Shown here one piece after another: positions 41,010-49,684 of a DNA stretch of 64,000 nt (position 1 is the stretch's first letter; each line of letters opens with the position of its first letter). Both the position numbers and the translations under genes were made by a program. The notes beneath the pieces were generated by a model that ran no database searches, was not told the origin of the DNA, and saw nothing but the letters and a program-made list of their open reading frames with translations. The stretch comes from Flavobacteriales bacterium. Lineage in GTDB: Bacteria > Bacteroidota > Bacteroidia > M30B66. The stretch spans positions 27,151 through 91,150 of the forward strand of contig JBKBKN010000010.1 of NCBI GenBank assembly GCA_046294625.1. Direction: 5' to 3'.

Positions 41010-42920
41010 ATGCATCCAGCTTACAAATTAATGTTTATTGCCTGGGCCGGTGTGGCTGCCTGGGTGGCATTTGTGATTTTTCTCAATCGAAAAGTCCATC
41101 CCAAAGCCCTTTTTGCGCTTTTCATGGTCGAATTATGGGAGCGTTTCAGCTATTATGGCATGCGAGCCATTTTGGTACTTTACATGACATCTGAAATGAT
41201 TAAAGGCGGATTTGCCTTTGACGATGCCAAAGCCTATGGTATATATGGGGCATATGGCGCTCTTGTTTATCTCACGCCGATATTGGGCGGTTATTTTGCG
41301 GATAAAATTATGGGTTTCAGAATGGCGATTATCTGGGGAGCCTTGCTGATGGCTGTAGGGCAGTTTACTTTGTTTCTAGATAATCAGACTACGTTCTACG
41401 CTGGTTTAGCTTTTCTGGTAATTGGTAACGGTTTCTTTAAGCCGAATATTTCTAGTATGATAGGTAAATTTTATGCCGAAGGAGATTCCAGGCGTGATGG
41501 TGCATTTACCATTTTTTACATGGGAATCAATATTGGAGCTTTCTTAACACCGCTGACTTGCGGCGCTATTGGCGAGATTGAAGGATGGAACTATGGGTTC
41601 CTTACTGCTGGCGTGGGTATGATGCTTGGATTCTTTATTTTCCTAGTGGCACAGAAAAAAGGCTGGTTCGAAAATCATGGACTTAAGCCTGAATCGAAGG
41701 AGAGCAAGCCAATGATCAAAGGAGTAAGCAACAAAATTATTCCATATGCCACCACGTTTATTATGATTCCTATTGCTTGGGCATTGATTAAAGTAAATGA
41801 TGTAGTAGATATAGGTCTGGCAGTATTGGCCACATTTATTTTGGGCTTTTTGCTTTATCAAGCATCAAAATATGAAGAAAAGCAGAAACAGCGAATCTGG
41901 GTGATTGTGATACTCTTGCTCTTCACAACCGTATTCTGGACTTTCTTTGAATTGGCAGGTTCGGCGATGAACCTCTTCACGGAGCGTAATGTGAACAAGA
42001 ACTTTTTGGGCTTAACTTTCACCACTACCTTCTTCCAGTCGGTAAATCCATTGTTTATCATGCTGTTTGCGCCAATCTTTTCTTGGCTATGGATTCAGTT
42101 AGGCAAATCGGGCAAAGAGCCTGCCGCACCTTACAAGTTTGCTGCCGGTCTGGCATTGCTCGGTTTAGGCTTTTTGGTGCTAACGATGGGTAAAACTGCC
42201 GCTATTGCAGGTTTGGTGCCGGCTTTCTTCCTAATCATGCTTTACTTATTGCATACATTAGGTGAGCTTACTTTATCTCCTGTTGGTTTATCGCTGGTGA
42301 CCAAGCTTTCGCCCGCTCAAATTGTCGGTTTCTTAATGGGTATTTGGTTTCTGTCATCGTCTATAGCGCATCAGGCCGGAAAGCATATTGCTAAGTTTAC
42401 CACTGTGAGCGAATCAAAAATCATCGAAAGTCAGGAATTCAGAGATGGAATTGCTGATAAAGAGTTGGTCAAGGTGCTTTCAACCAAAGAATTTGCAGAA
42501 TTAATCAAAGAGAAACCGATAGAGAAAGCTTTAGTGAGCGAAACTTTTATTGACATGCTCAATGCTGAAGCTGCAGGTAAATTTGCAATGGTGGAAATGC
42601 TCATTGACGAAAAGAAAGCGCAGGCAGACAATGCCAATTCGCAAAAGGATAAAGACAAGGCTATGGATGAAGGCACAAAACGCATTTTGGTTTATAGCTC
42701 AGAAAAAGATAATTTTAAAGCAGGATTGGTGAATATTGCAGATGCGGAATCCAATTTTGAGAAAAGCGTCAGCGGCGCAGTGATTTCTTCACTTCGCAAT
42801 CAGTCCATGAGTTTAGGTTTGGGTGTGTTCCGGATATTAGGCTTCGTTGCTATTGGCTGTGGTGTACTGCTCTTCCTTTTAGGTCCGATTATCAAGCGCT
42901 GGATGCACGGTGTGAATTAA
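41010..42920 (+). CDS. Proton-dependent oligopeptide (POT/PTR) MFS transporter with a soluble insertion
   Basis: ELWERFSYYGMR, GNGFFKPNIS, FYMGINIGA, FQSVNP, GELTLSPVGLS, C-terminal WMHGVN. Confidence 0.93.
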   Translation: MHPAYKLMFIAWAGVAAWVAFVIFLNRKVHPKALFALFMVELWERFSYYGMRAILVLYMTSEMIKGGFAFDDAKAYGIYGAYGALVYLTPILGGYFADKIMGFRMAIIWGALLMAVGQFTLFLDNQTTFYAGLAFLVIGNGFFKPNISSMIGKFYAEGDSRRDGAFTIFYMGINIGAFLTPLTCGAIGEIEGWNYGFLTAGVGMMLGFFIFLVAQKKGWFENHGLKPESKESKPMIKGVSNKIIPYATTFIMIPIAWALIKVNDVVDIGLAVLATFILGFLLYQASKYEEKQKQRIWVIVILLLFTTVFWTFFELAGSAMNLFTERNVNKNFLGLTFTTTFFQSVNPLFIMLFAPIFSWLWIQLGKSGKEPAAPYKFAAGLALLGLGFLVLTMGKTAAIAGLVPAFFLIMLYLLHTLGELTLSPVGLSLVTKLSPAQIVGFLMGIWFLSSSIAHQAGKHIAKFTTVSESKIIESQEFRDGIADKELVKVLSTKEFAELIKEKPIEKALVSETFIDMLNAEAAGKFAMVEMLIDEKKAQADNANSQKDKDKAMDEGTKRILVYSSEKDNFKAGLVNIADAESNFEKSVSGAVISSLRNQSMSLGLGVFRILGFVAIGCGVLLFLLGPIIKRWMHGVN

Positions 42921-42939
42921 TTTTTTCAATTTTTACTTT

Positions 42940-42987
42940 ACCCAAACGGGTTAATGACGTGAATCGACATTGACCCGTTTGGGTTTT
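42940..42987 (+). terminator. Intrinsic terminator
   Basis: ACCCAAACGGGTTAATG...CATTGACCCGTTTGGGT stem followed by a T run. Confidence 0.85.
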
Positions 42988-43073
42988 AATAAAACAATTG
43001 GCTTTTACTTAATTGAGAAAAGACTGCCCGCTCGGCTTAATTATGCTATTTTTGCCGCTTCAAGATTATACAA

Positions 43074-43547
43074 ATGATTCAACGTATTCAAACGATATTC
43101 ATGTTGGTGGCCGTGATGTTTGTCGTACCACTTTTATATCTACCTTTTGCTACTATCAGTGGTCAGGATGACATTCTTTATGTAATGAAGATTTGGGGCG
43201 TGTATGCCAAAACAGGTGATGTAAGTTCACACATGCTCAACTTACTGCCGGTGATGCTGGCATTTGTGCTTAGCTTCTTGATTCCTCTGGTGAATATTTT
43301 TCTATATAAGCGGCGTAAGATGCAAATCCGTTACAATGGTTTTGCCATTCTCACCAATACCATATTGATTGCGGTGATGTTTTATTTTATCGAAAAAACC
43401 AACGACAGTCTTGCCATCGAAGGTACGCATCCGGATTATGGTTTTGCCTTATTCCTTCCGGCTGTTTCCATTGTGATGCTGTTTTTGGCTAATCGCAACA
43501 TTAAAAAAGATGAAGCCCTTATTCGGTCGGTAGATCGCATCAGATAA
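43074..43547 (+). CDS. DUF4293-family membrane protein
   Basis: MIQRIQT start, IFLYKRRKMQ, IKKDEALIRSVDRIR end; TATTTTTG at 43047-54 upstream. Confidence 0.88.
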   Translation: MIQRIQTIFMLVAVMFVVPLLYLPFATISGQDDILYVMKIWGVYAKTGDVSSHMLNLLPVMLAFVLSFLIPLVNIFLYKRRKMQIRYNGFAILTNTILIAVMFYFIEKTNDSLAIEGTHPDYGFALFLPAVSIVMLFLANRNIKKDEALIRSVDRIR

Positions 43548-43562
43548 GGACAAGGCGGGGAA

Positions 43563-45005
43563 ATGCAGAAAAAATTCATCAAGAACTTAGCTTTACTGCT
43601 CACGCTGAATTTGCTGATTAAGCCATTCTGGATTTTGGGTATTGACCGCGAAGTGCAGCGTGTGGTGGGTACTGAAGCCTATGGATTGTATTTTGCAATT
43701 TTCAATTTTTCCTTTCTGCTCAACATCCTGCTTGACTTTGGTATCACCAATTTCAATAACAAAAACATTGCGCAAAACAATCAGCTGATTACCAAGCATT
43801 TTTCAAGCATTGTATTACTTAAACTTATGCTTGGGGTAGTGTTTATGCTAGCTACACTCAGTGTAGGATTCATTTTAGGCTACAGCAGCTATCAGCTCTA
43901 TCTGATAGGGGTGATGGGCTTCAATCAGTTTTTGGCCTTCATGATTATGTATCTGCGCTCCAACCTGGCAGGATTGCACCTCTTTAAACTCGACAGTCTG
44001 ATTTCGGTACTCGACCGAAGTTTGATGATTGTGTTTTGTTCAATCCTGTTGTGGTTCAATCCCTTTGGTGGCGATTTTCAGATCGAATGGTTTATTTACA
44101 CGCAAACTGTTTCTTATTTGCTCACTACATTGATCACCTTCTTACTGGTGGTGAAAAAGGCTTCATTCAGAAAATTCAAGTGGAACTGGCCATTCTTTGT
44201 GTTGATTTTAAAGAAGAGTTTTCCCTTTGCCATTTTAGTTTTGCTCATGACCTTTTATAATCGCGTGGATGGGGTGATGCTCGAGCGCCTGCTTAAGGAT
44301 AATGGGGCAGAGCAAAGCGGAATTTATGCGGCTGCTTACCGCCTGCTCGACTCGGCCAATATGATTTCTTTTCTTTTTGCCGGTTTGCTTTTACCCATTT
44401 TTTCACGCATGCTCAAGTTTAAGGAATCGGTGGAGCAATTGGTAAAACTTTCCTTCACCATACTTATCACACCCGCGCTGATCATTGTGATAGGTTGTAT
44501 ATTTTACAGTTATGACATTATCCAATTGCTTTACAAGGAGCATATTGATGAGTCGGCGGCGGTGTTCAGTCTGCTGATGGGGTGCTTTGTAGCCATTTCG
44601 TTAACTTACATTTTTGGCACCTTGCTCACGGCCAACGGCAACTTGAAGCAACTCAATACAATGGCTGCTTTTGGGATGGTGTTTAATATTGGCTTCAATT
44701 TTATCATCATTCCACATTACGAAGCTATTGGTGCAGCAGTTTCCAGTTTACTTACTCAATTTCTGACTGCTTTTGCACAAATCATCATTGCCCAGCGTAT
44801 ATTTCGTTTTAGGGTTAATTATCGCCTGCTTGCCCAATTGCTCGTGTTTATCCCTTTTGTCCTGATTGTGGCCTATTTCTCCCGCTATTTCACCGAATCA
44901 TGGATGTTGAATCTGTTGCTTTTCGGACTTATTTCCATAGCCTTTGCTTTCATTGTTGGCTTGCTGCACATCAAGAATATGTATCGAGTGTTGAAGTACG
45001 GCTAA
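43563..45005 (+). CDS. Polysaccharide/oligosaccharide flippase (Wzx/MOP family)
   Basis: LNLLIKPFWI, YGLYF, LDFGI, GIYAAAYRL; about 14 TM segments. Confidence 0.88.
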   Translation: MQKKFIKNLALLLTLNLLIKPFWILGIDREVQRVVGTEAYGLYFAIFNFSFLLNILLDFGITNFNNKNIAQNNQLITKHFSSIVLLKLMLGVVFMLATLSVGFILGYSSYQLYLIGVMGFNQFLAFMIMYLRSNLAGLHLFKLDSLISVLDRSLMIVFCSILLWFNPFGGDFQIEWFIYTQTVSYLLTTLITFLLVVKKASFRKFKWNWPFFVLILKKSFPFAILVLLMTFYNRVDGVMLERLLKDNGAEQSGIYAAAYRLLDSANMISFLFAGLLLPIFSRMLKFKESVEQLVKLSFTILITPALIIVIGCIFYSYDIIQLLYKEHIDESAAVFSLLMGCFVAISLTYIFGTLLTANGNLKQLNTMAAFGMVFNIGFNFIIIPHYEAIGAAVSSLLTQFLTAFAQIIIAQRIFRFRVNYRLLAQLLVFIPFVLIVAYFSRYFTESWMLNLLLFGLISIAFAFIVGLLHIKNMYRVLKYG

Positions 45006-45486
45006 TTTGGCCATTACTTCATAATCCATATTGCACTTCACTTGAAAATGGATTTCCATTTCGGCTTTCATAAAGCCTTTATTTGCCATAGTTTACCACT
45101 AAAAGTTGTATGATAGAGAGCTCATCCGGTGAAATACTGTTCAATTTGCCAATTTTATTCCACCACATTAAATTTATGGCTTAGCCATATTATTTGTGCA
45201 AAAACAATACCTTAGCGAATAATATGTGACTCATAAATGTTTTGTTTATTGCTAAGCAGATCAAGTGTTATATAACACTGCCCGATTATGCCATTTAATA
45301 TATTTCCGCTTTTACGACTTCGTCAAATTTTTTGTTTGATGATATTGATGCATTGTGTTGGCCAAGCAATAGCCCAATGGCAGCATTTAATAGATGCGCG
45401 TTTGCCGGAGTTTTTCTCCCGGGAGTCCATCTAGTTATGAGTTAATTATCGCCCAGCCTTAATCTAAACCAAAGAAGCAGCACCCT

Positions 45487-46422
45487 ATGAAAAAAATAAG
45501 TTTGAATATTTTTTCATTAAGCACTTTGATGTGTTTCGGTCAAGATCCCCAAGTGGCACATGGATTAGGCACGGCCATGTATAACAACCCGGCCATGACC
45601 GGGGCTTTTATGCGCCCATCCTTTCACAGTACTTATCGAAATCAATGGCCTAGAATAAACCTCTCTTTTGTTTCTTATCACTTGGGAACTGATATCCATT
45701 TAGATGCTATTCATGGAGGTTTAGGGATAAGATATATGTTGAATATAGATGGATATGGCACTCTTCCTACGAATAATGTAGGTTTGAACTATGCCTATCG
45801 GGCCAATCTTACTGAAAAAGCTGCGCTTCGCATGGGTATTGGAATTTCTCATTTGAAATATACCATAGATTGGGATCAGCTTAATTTTGGCGATCAGATT
45901 GACCCTCTCTATGGATTTATTTATGCAACAAATGCTACTATTGGTCCACCTCATAGAAGGGTCATAAAAACAGATTTGGGATTGGCTTTGCTACATGAAC
46001 ATTACCTAATTTCATACGCTGCGCTTAATGCTAACCAACCTGATCGGGGATTTTTAGGGGTTTCAAGATTGCCTCTGCGTCATTATGCTCAAGCGGCGTT
46101 CTTGGCAAAATTGGGAGATAATAATGGTTTAGTGTTTGATGCCATATATCAAAGACAACAGACATTTAATCAATTATTGTTGAAGGCAAACTATTACAAT
46201 CGCTAGATGCGCATCGGAACAGGTATTCGGCAAAGAGATGCTGTGATGGGAATGATTGGCGGACAATTGCGTCAGTTTAGGTTGTCTTATATTTATGAAT
46301 ACACTATTTCGAGACTCACCAATGCCACAGTAGGATCGCATGAAGTGCAATTTACCTGGTCCTTGCAATCTGCCAAAGGTAAGGACAGGGAATGTCCTTC
46401 CGTAATTTGGAATGGATTCTAA
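45487..46422 (+). pseudogene. PorP/SprF-family T9SS membrane protein interrupted by one in-frame TAG
   Basis: QDP, NPAMTG, YRNQWP, FGDQIDP, NANQP, SY.Y.YTIS.L and GSHEV motifs; TAG at 46204-46206, then the same frame continues. Confidence 0.85.
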
Positions 46423-46493
46423 CCTAAGTATCTGATTGAATCATTCTGTTTATGCATTTTGTGTAAAAACACATGCAACTTTAAACAAATGAC

Positions 46494-46520
46494 AAAAAAA
46501 GGGGCATAGCGCCCCTTTCT
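46494..46520 (-). terminator. Intrinsic terminator
   Basis: - strand GGGGC-GCTAT-GCCCC followed by T7. Confidence 0.75.
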
Positions 46521-46540
46521 GATGTTCATGTGCTGCTCAA

Positions 46541-47524
46541 TTATTCTTTAATCAATGATTTGCCTACATTGAAATCTTTGGTTTGCACCACAATGTTGTA
46601 TATGCCTGGTGCAAGGTCAGCCACATCAATTTGCAACTGATGTGTTCCCTTGATCCTGTATCCTTGTGGAATAGTACGGATAAGTTTACCATCTACGGAA
46701 TAAATATGAATATTCACACCTGTGGTAAACGGAAGGTCGAGGCTGATATAAGAAAATTGTGCCGCAGGATTTGGGAAAATATCGAACCCAACCTGACGAT
46801 CTATCTTTTTGATATTGGTGGGTGAAGTGCCGGTAACCAAAATATCGTCTATGGAAATGAGGTTATCGTCAGTTGAATTGTGCACAAAAGCAATATAAAT
46901 GGTTTGTCCGGCATATTGCGCTAGGCTGATAGACTCCGGGCGAAGTACGCCAATCCAACGGGCAGAGTCACCGCTGTCTTCGATAAACTGAAAATCGCTG
47001 CCATGCACATATCCGGAGCTGAATTCGTAATCGTCATAGTTGAAAGAATCACCTGAAATAAATTCGGCAAATTTGGCCAAAGTATCGGTGAAGCCGGTTT
47101 CGATATTGCTTCCAATTTGTGCTACCACGCAATATCCATCTAAGAAGCGTGGTGTTTGGCGTGGAGCCGATTTCCAGGAGAGGGTGGCGTTGGCATCTAC
47201 AATTTGCAAAGGCGGTGTAATAAGATAATTTTCAACGCTTTGTGTTGTATTGTTGGTCCAGCTGTTGCTCATCAATACCGTGTTATCGCCATCCGCTGCT
47301 GCAAATGCAGTACCCAGAAACCAATTGCCGGGTCTGTTTTGTCCACTGCCATCAGGGATACCATCAGAGTCGAAGTTCAACCAATCGGTATCATCTCCAT
47401 TTGGAGGCAATGCCAAAATGTAGTCAATGACCTCGGCTTCGAAATTTTCGAAGAGCAGCGTGTCTGACTGGGCTGTGGCATTTAAGCCAAGCGCCAACGA
47501 AAAGATAGTAAGCAATTTATTCAT
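46541..47524 (-). CDS. T9SS type A cargo with a cleaved-adhesin/choice-of-anchor-J-like domain
   Basis: Signal peptide; W..FDSDG, NYLITPPL, SLAQYAGQTIYIAFVH, IDDI; C-terminal IFPNPA...IYSVDGKLI...LAPGIY...LIKE; TATCTTTG promoter at 47547-54. Confidence 0.88.
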   Translation of the reverse strand: MNKLLTIFSLALGLNATAQSDTLLFENFEAEVIDYILALPPNGDDTDWLNFDSDGIPDGSGQNRPGNWFLGTAFAAADGDNTVLMSNSWTNNTTQSVENYLITPPLQIVDANATLSWKSAPRQTPRFLDGYCVVAQIGSNIETGFTDTLAKFAEFISGDSFNYDDYEFSSGYVHGSDFQFIEDSGDSARWIGVLRPESISLAQYAGQTIYIAFVHNSTDDNLISIDDILVTGTSPTNIKKIDRQVGFDIFPNPAAQFSYISLDLPFTTGVNIHIYSVDGKLIRTIPQGYRIKGTHQLQIDVADLAPGIYNIVVQTKDFNVGKSLIKE

Positions 47525-47623
47525 GTGTGTAGTGTTTAAATTCAGGCAAAGATAAATTTATTTACTTGAAACACTCCTGATGTTTTACTCCGAAAAGTTC
47601 AAATTCATAGCAATAGTTCTTAG

Positions 47624-48322
47624 CTATTCATCCTTTTTGGTTAGCTTTTTGGATTTAATAGCAAATTGCAACCCAAAGGAACCAATGAATGGATTGTAGT
47701 GGTATTGCAGGCTATTTCTGTAAGCAGGCAAGGAAATACCTGCCTGAAATAGGAGCTTCACATACTTACACTCTAGTTTGAGCATAAATACAGGCTCAAC
47801 AAAAAAGCCACTACAACGGTAGCCGCTCTCATTCAGCGTGAGATAGACCATGCGTGGTGCTAAACCAAAGTCCACCACATCGGAAGTAAAACTAATAGTC
47901 GGCTGAATAAATAACCTTAATGAGTGAATATCAAGTGTTTGTTTCCAGTAAAATTAATTATCTGGATAACGTGCAATAGTCTTTCCATAGCCAATACCGG
48001 AGAATATTTCGAATCGATCGTTGTCGGAAATGTCGGTACAGTAGCCTAAGCCAAATTCTCCAAAGGTGTTATTGCAGTAACCGTGTCAGGAAGAAATATT
48101 TTTATCCTGAAAATTTGCATTGACCATGATGGCAATGTGGTAAGTAATCGCCGCTGCTGTCTGCACACCAATACCACCTAAGGCCGTGTGAACCTATGCC
48201 TGAATTTCTCCTGATTCGTCTATCAAGGGAATATTAACCACATTGGGGATTTACACCGGTGTGCACGATGTTCCAAGCATAATGATTATGCAGGAGCTAA
48301 TGCCAAATATGCAGCGTTTCAT
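47624..48322 (-). pseudogene. Lipoprotein/outer-membrane-protein pseudogene with four in-frame stops
   Basis: One frame of 233 codons: MKRCIFGISSCIIIMLGTSCTPV*IPNVVNIPL...GEFGLGY...FEIFSGIGYG...FIIQPTI...FVEPVF...; stops at 48251-3, 48194-6, 48086-8 and 47954-6. Confidence 0.8.
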
Positions 48323-48330
48323 AAAATGAT

Positions 48331-48540
48331 TTATTGCAATGAGCAGCTCGCATTAGGATCGGAGAGACGATTTACATTTTCGATAGCCGCACATGCATCT
48401 TCCTGATCGGCTTTTGCACCTTCATTGAGTTCTGTGGTGAGTTGTTGTCCATTAACATTGCATACGCAGTTTCTAGGTCTTTCACAAGAAGTGAAGATGA
48501 AAATAGCAGCAGTGATAAGGGTTGTAGAAATAATTTTCAT
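48331..48540 (-). CDS. Small Cys-rich lipoprotein (69 aa)
   Basis: Lipobox FTSC, then a CxC...C...C pattern. Confidence 0.75.
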   Translation of the reverse strand: MKIISTTLITAAIFIFTSCERPRNCVCNVNGQQLTTELNEGAKADQEDACAAIENVNRLSDPNASCSLQ

Positions 48541-48743
48541 GATAGATCGGGGTTAAAAGTTTGATAAAAATAGATTTATCTCAGTATATTCCAAAATATG
48601 TGCCTAAAAAATGTGGGTATCGTAAATTACGTGTATATTACTTGCAATCCCTAAATGATTTGACTGGCAATTACTCGTTTTTTTTATTAAAGCCTTTTAA
48701 TTTTAATGATAACACTTTAAAGAACCTTGGCAGCGGCACTTAA

Positions 48744-49033
48744 GATGATGTTGCTTCGTTTTGAAATCCGTGTACTGCAAATATTTATGGCTCCGCGCAA
48801 GAATGGGTTACTGTTTTTTTCCCAATCCATCAAAAGGTATTTTTAATGTTAATGTATCGATTCCCGGTAGTTTTTACACCATCTATGATATAAGTGGCAG
48901 ATTGGTTCAGCAGGGACGGTTCATGTCGGAAAGTCAAGAAATCATAAACATCCGCAGTTTCGACGATGGTATGTATATGCTTAAAGTTGTATCTGCCACC
49001 AGCATGCAAACCATTAAGCTTATCAAACAATAG
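48744..49033 (+). pseudogene. Orphan T9SS type A C-terminal domain remnant
   Basis: FPNPSKGIFNV...IYDISGRLV...GMYMLKV...IKLIKQ with no signal peptide or cargo; apparent frameshift in the T7 run at 48814-20. Confidence 0.7.
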
Positions 49034-49681
49034 TTAAGCTTTCAGAGCACGGGTCATTTCTCTTTTTCCGGGCGGACCGGGAATGCTTTCTACAACAAAT
49101 CCTGCTGCACGGAGATTTCGCTTTACCTGTCCCTTGGCACAGTAGGTGACTAAAGCCGTGTCTGAATTCATCATGTTGAAGAGTTTTGAAAAAACATTTG
49201 TTGTCCAAAGTTCAGGTTGATAGCCTGGAGCGAATGCATCGAAATAAACAAGATCAAACGTCTCTGTTGAATGAAAGTCTAAGAGATCGATGTTGCGATG
49301 CACCTTCCACGAAACATGATCAAGTGAACCAGAATCAGATTGGTGAACAGTGTTAATTAAGCTTTGGTCAATATCTTGAAATTCAAGTTGCGCAATGAGC
49401 TCTGAAGAAAGCGGATATTTTTCTATAGCATGATACACAATGGAATGGTCGGGAAATGCGGCAAGAGCCTTCATGGTCAGGAAGAGATTCAATCCGGTTC
49501 CAAAACCCATTTCAAAAATTTTCAACGTTTGCTTTTTAGCTAAAGCAGGGAGCAGGCCAGCATGAATAAATACATGCATGCTTTCTTGCATAGCGCCGTG
49601 GCGTGAATGGAAACTCACATCCGTGTTGGCAATAAAAACCGTGCTGCTACCATCAGCAGTGGCTTTTACGAATCGCTGCAT
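49034..49681 (-). CDS. mnmD: tRNA mnm5s2U34 methyltransferase (stand-alone MnmC methyltransferase domain)
   Basis: TADGSST, FHSRHGAMQESMHVFI, EMGFGTGLN, YFDAFAP..QPELW, PGPPGKREM motifs. Confidence 0.9.
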   Translation of the reverse strand: MQRFVKATADGSSTVFIANTDVSFHSRHGAMQESMHVFIHAGLLPALAKKQTLKIFEMGFGTGLNLFLTMKALAAFPDHSIVYHAIEKYPLSSELIAQLEFQDIDQSLINTVHQSDSGSLDHVSWKVHRNIDLLDFHSTETFDLVYFDAFAPGYQPELWTTNVFSKLFNMMNSDTALVTYCAKGQVKRNLRAAGFVVESIPGPPGKREMTRALKA

Positions 49682-49684
49682 GAT

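Noticed and set aside
45487-48322. Stop-codon reassignment as an explanation for the in-frame stops
   Set aside because: TAA, TAG and TGA all interrupt the pseudogenes, and all three terminate intact conserved genes in the window
48561-48743. 60-aa ORF in an AT-rich spacer
   Set aside because: TTG start, no motifs, and it overlaps the likely promoter region of the small lipoprotein gene
49020-49045. Convergent genes with abutting stop codons (also at 61714/61715)
   Set aside because: Consistent with compact gene packing; no further structure seen
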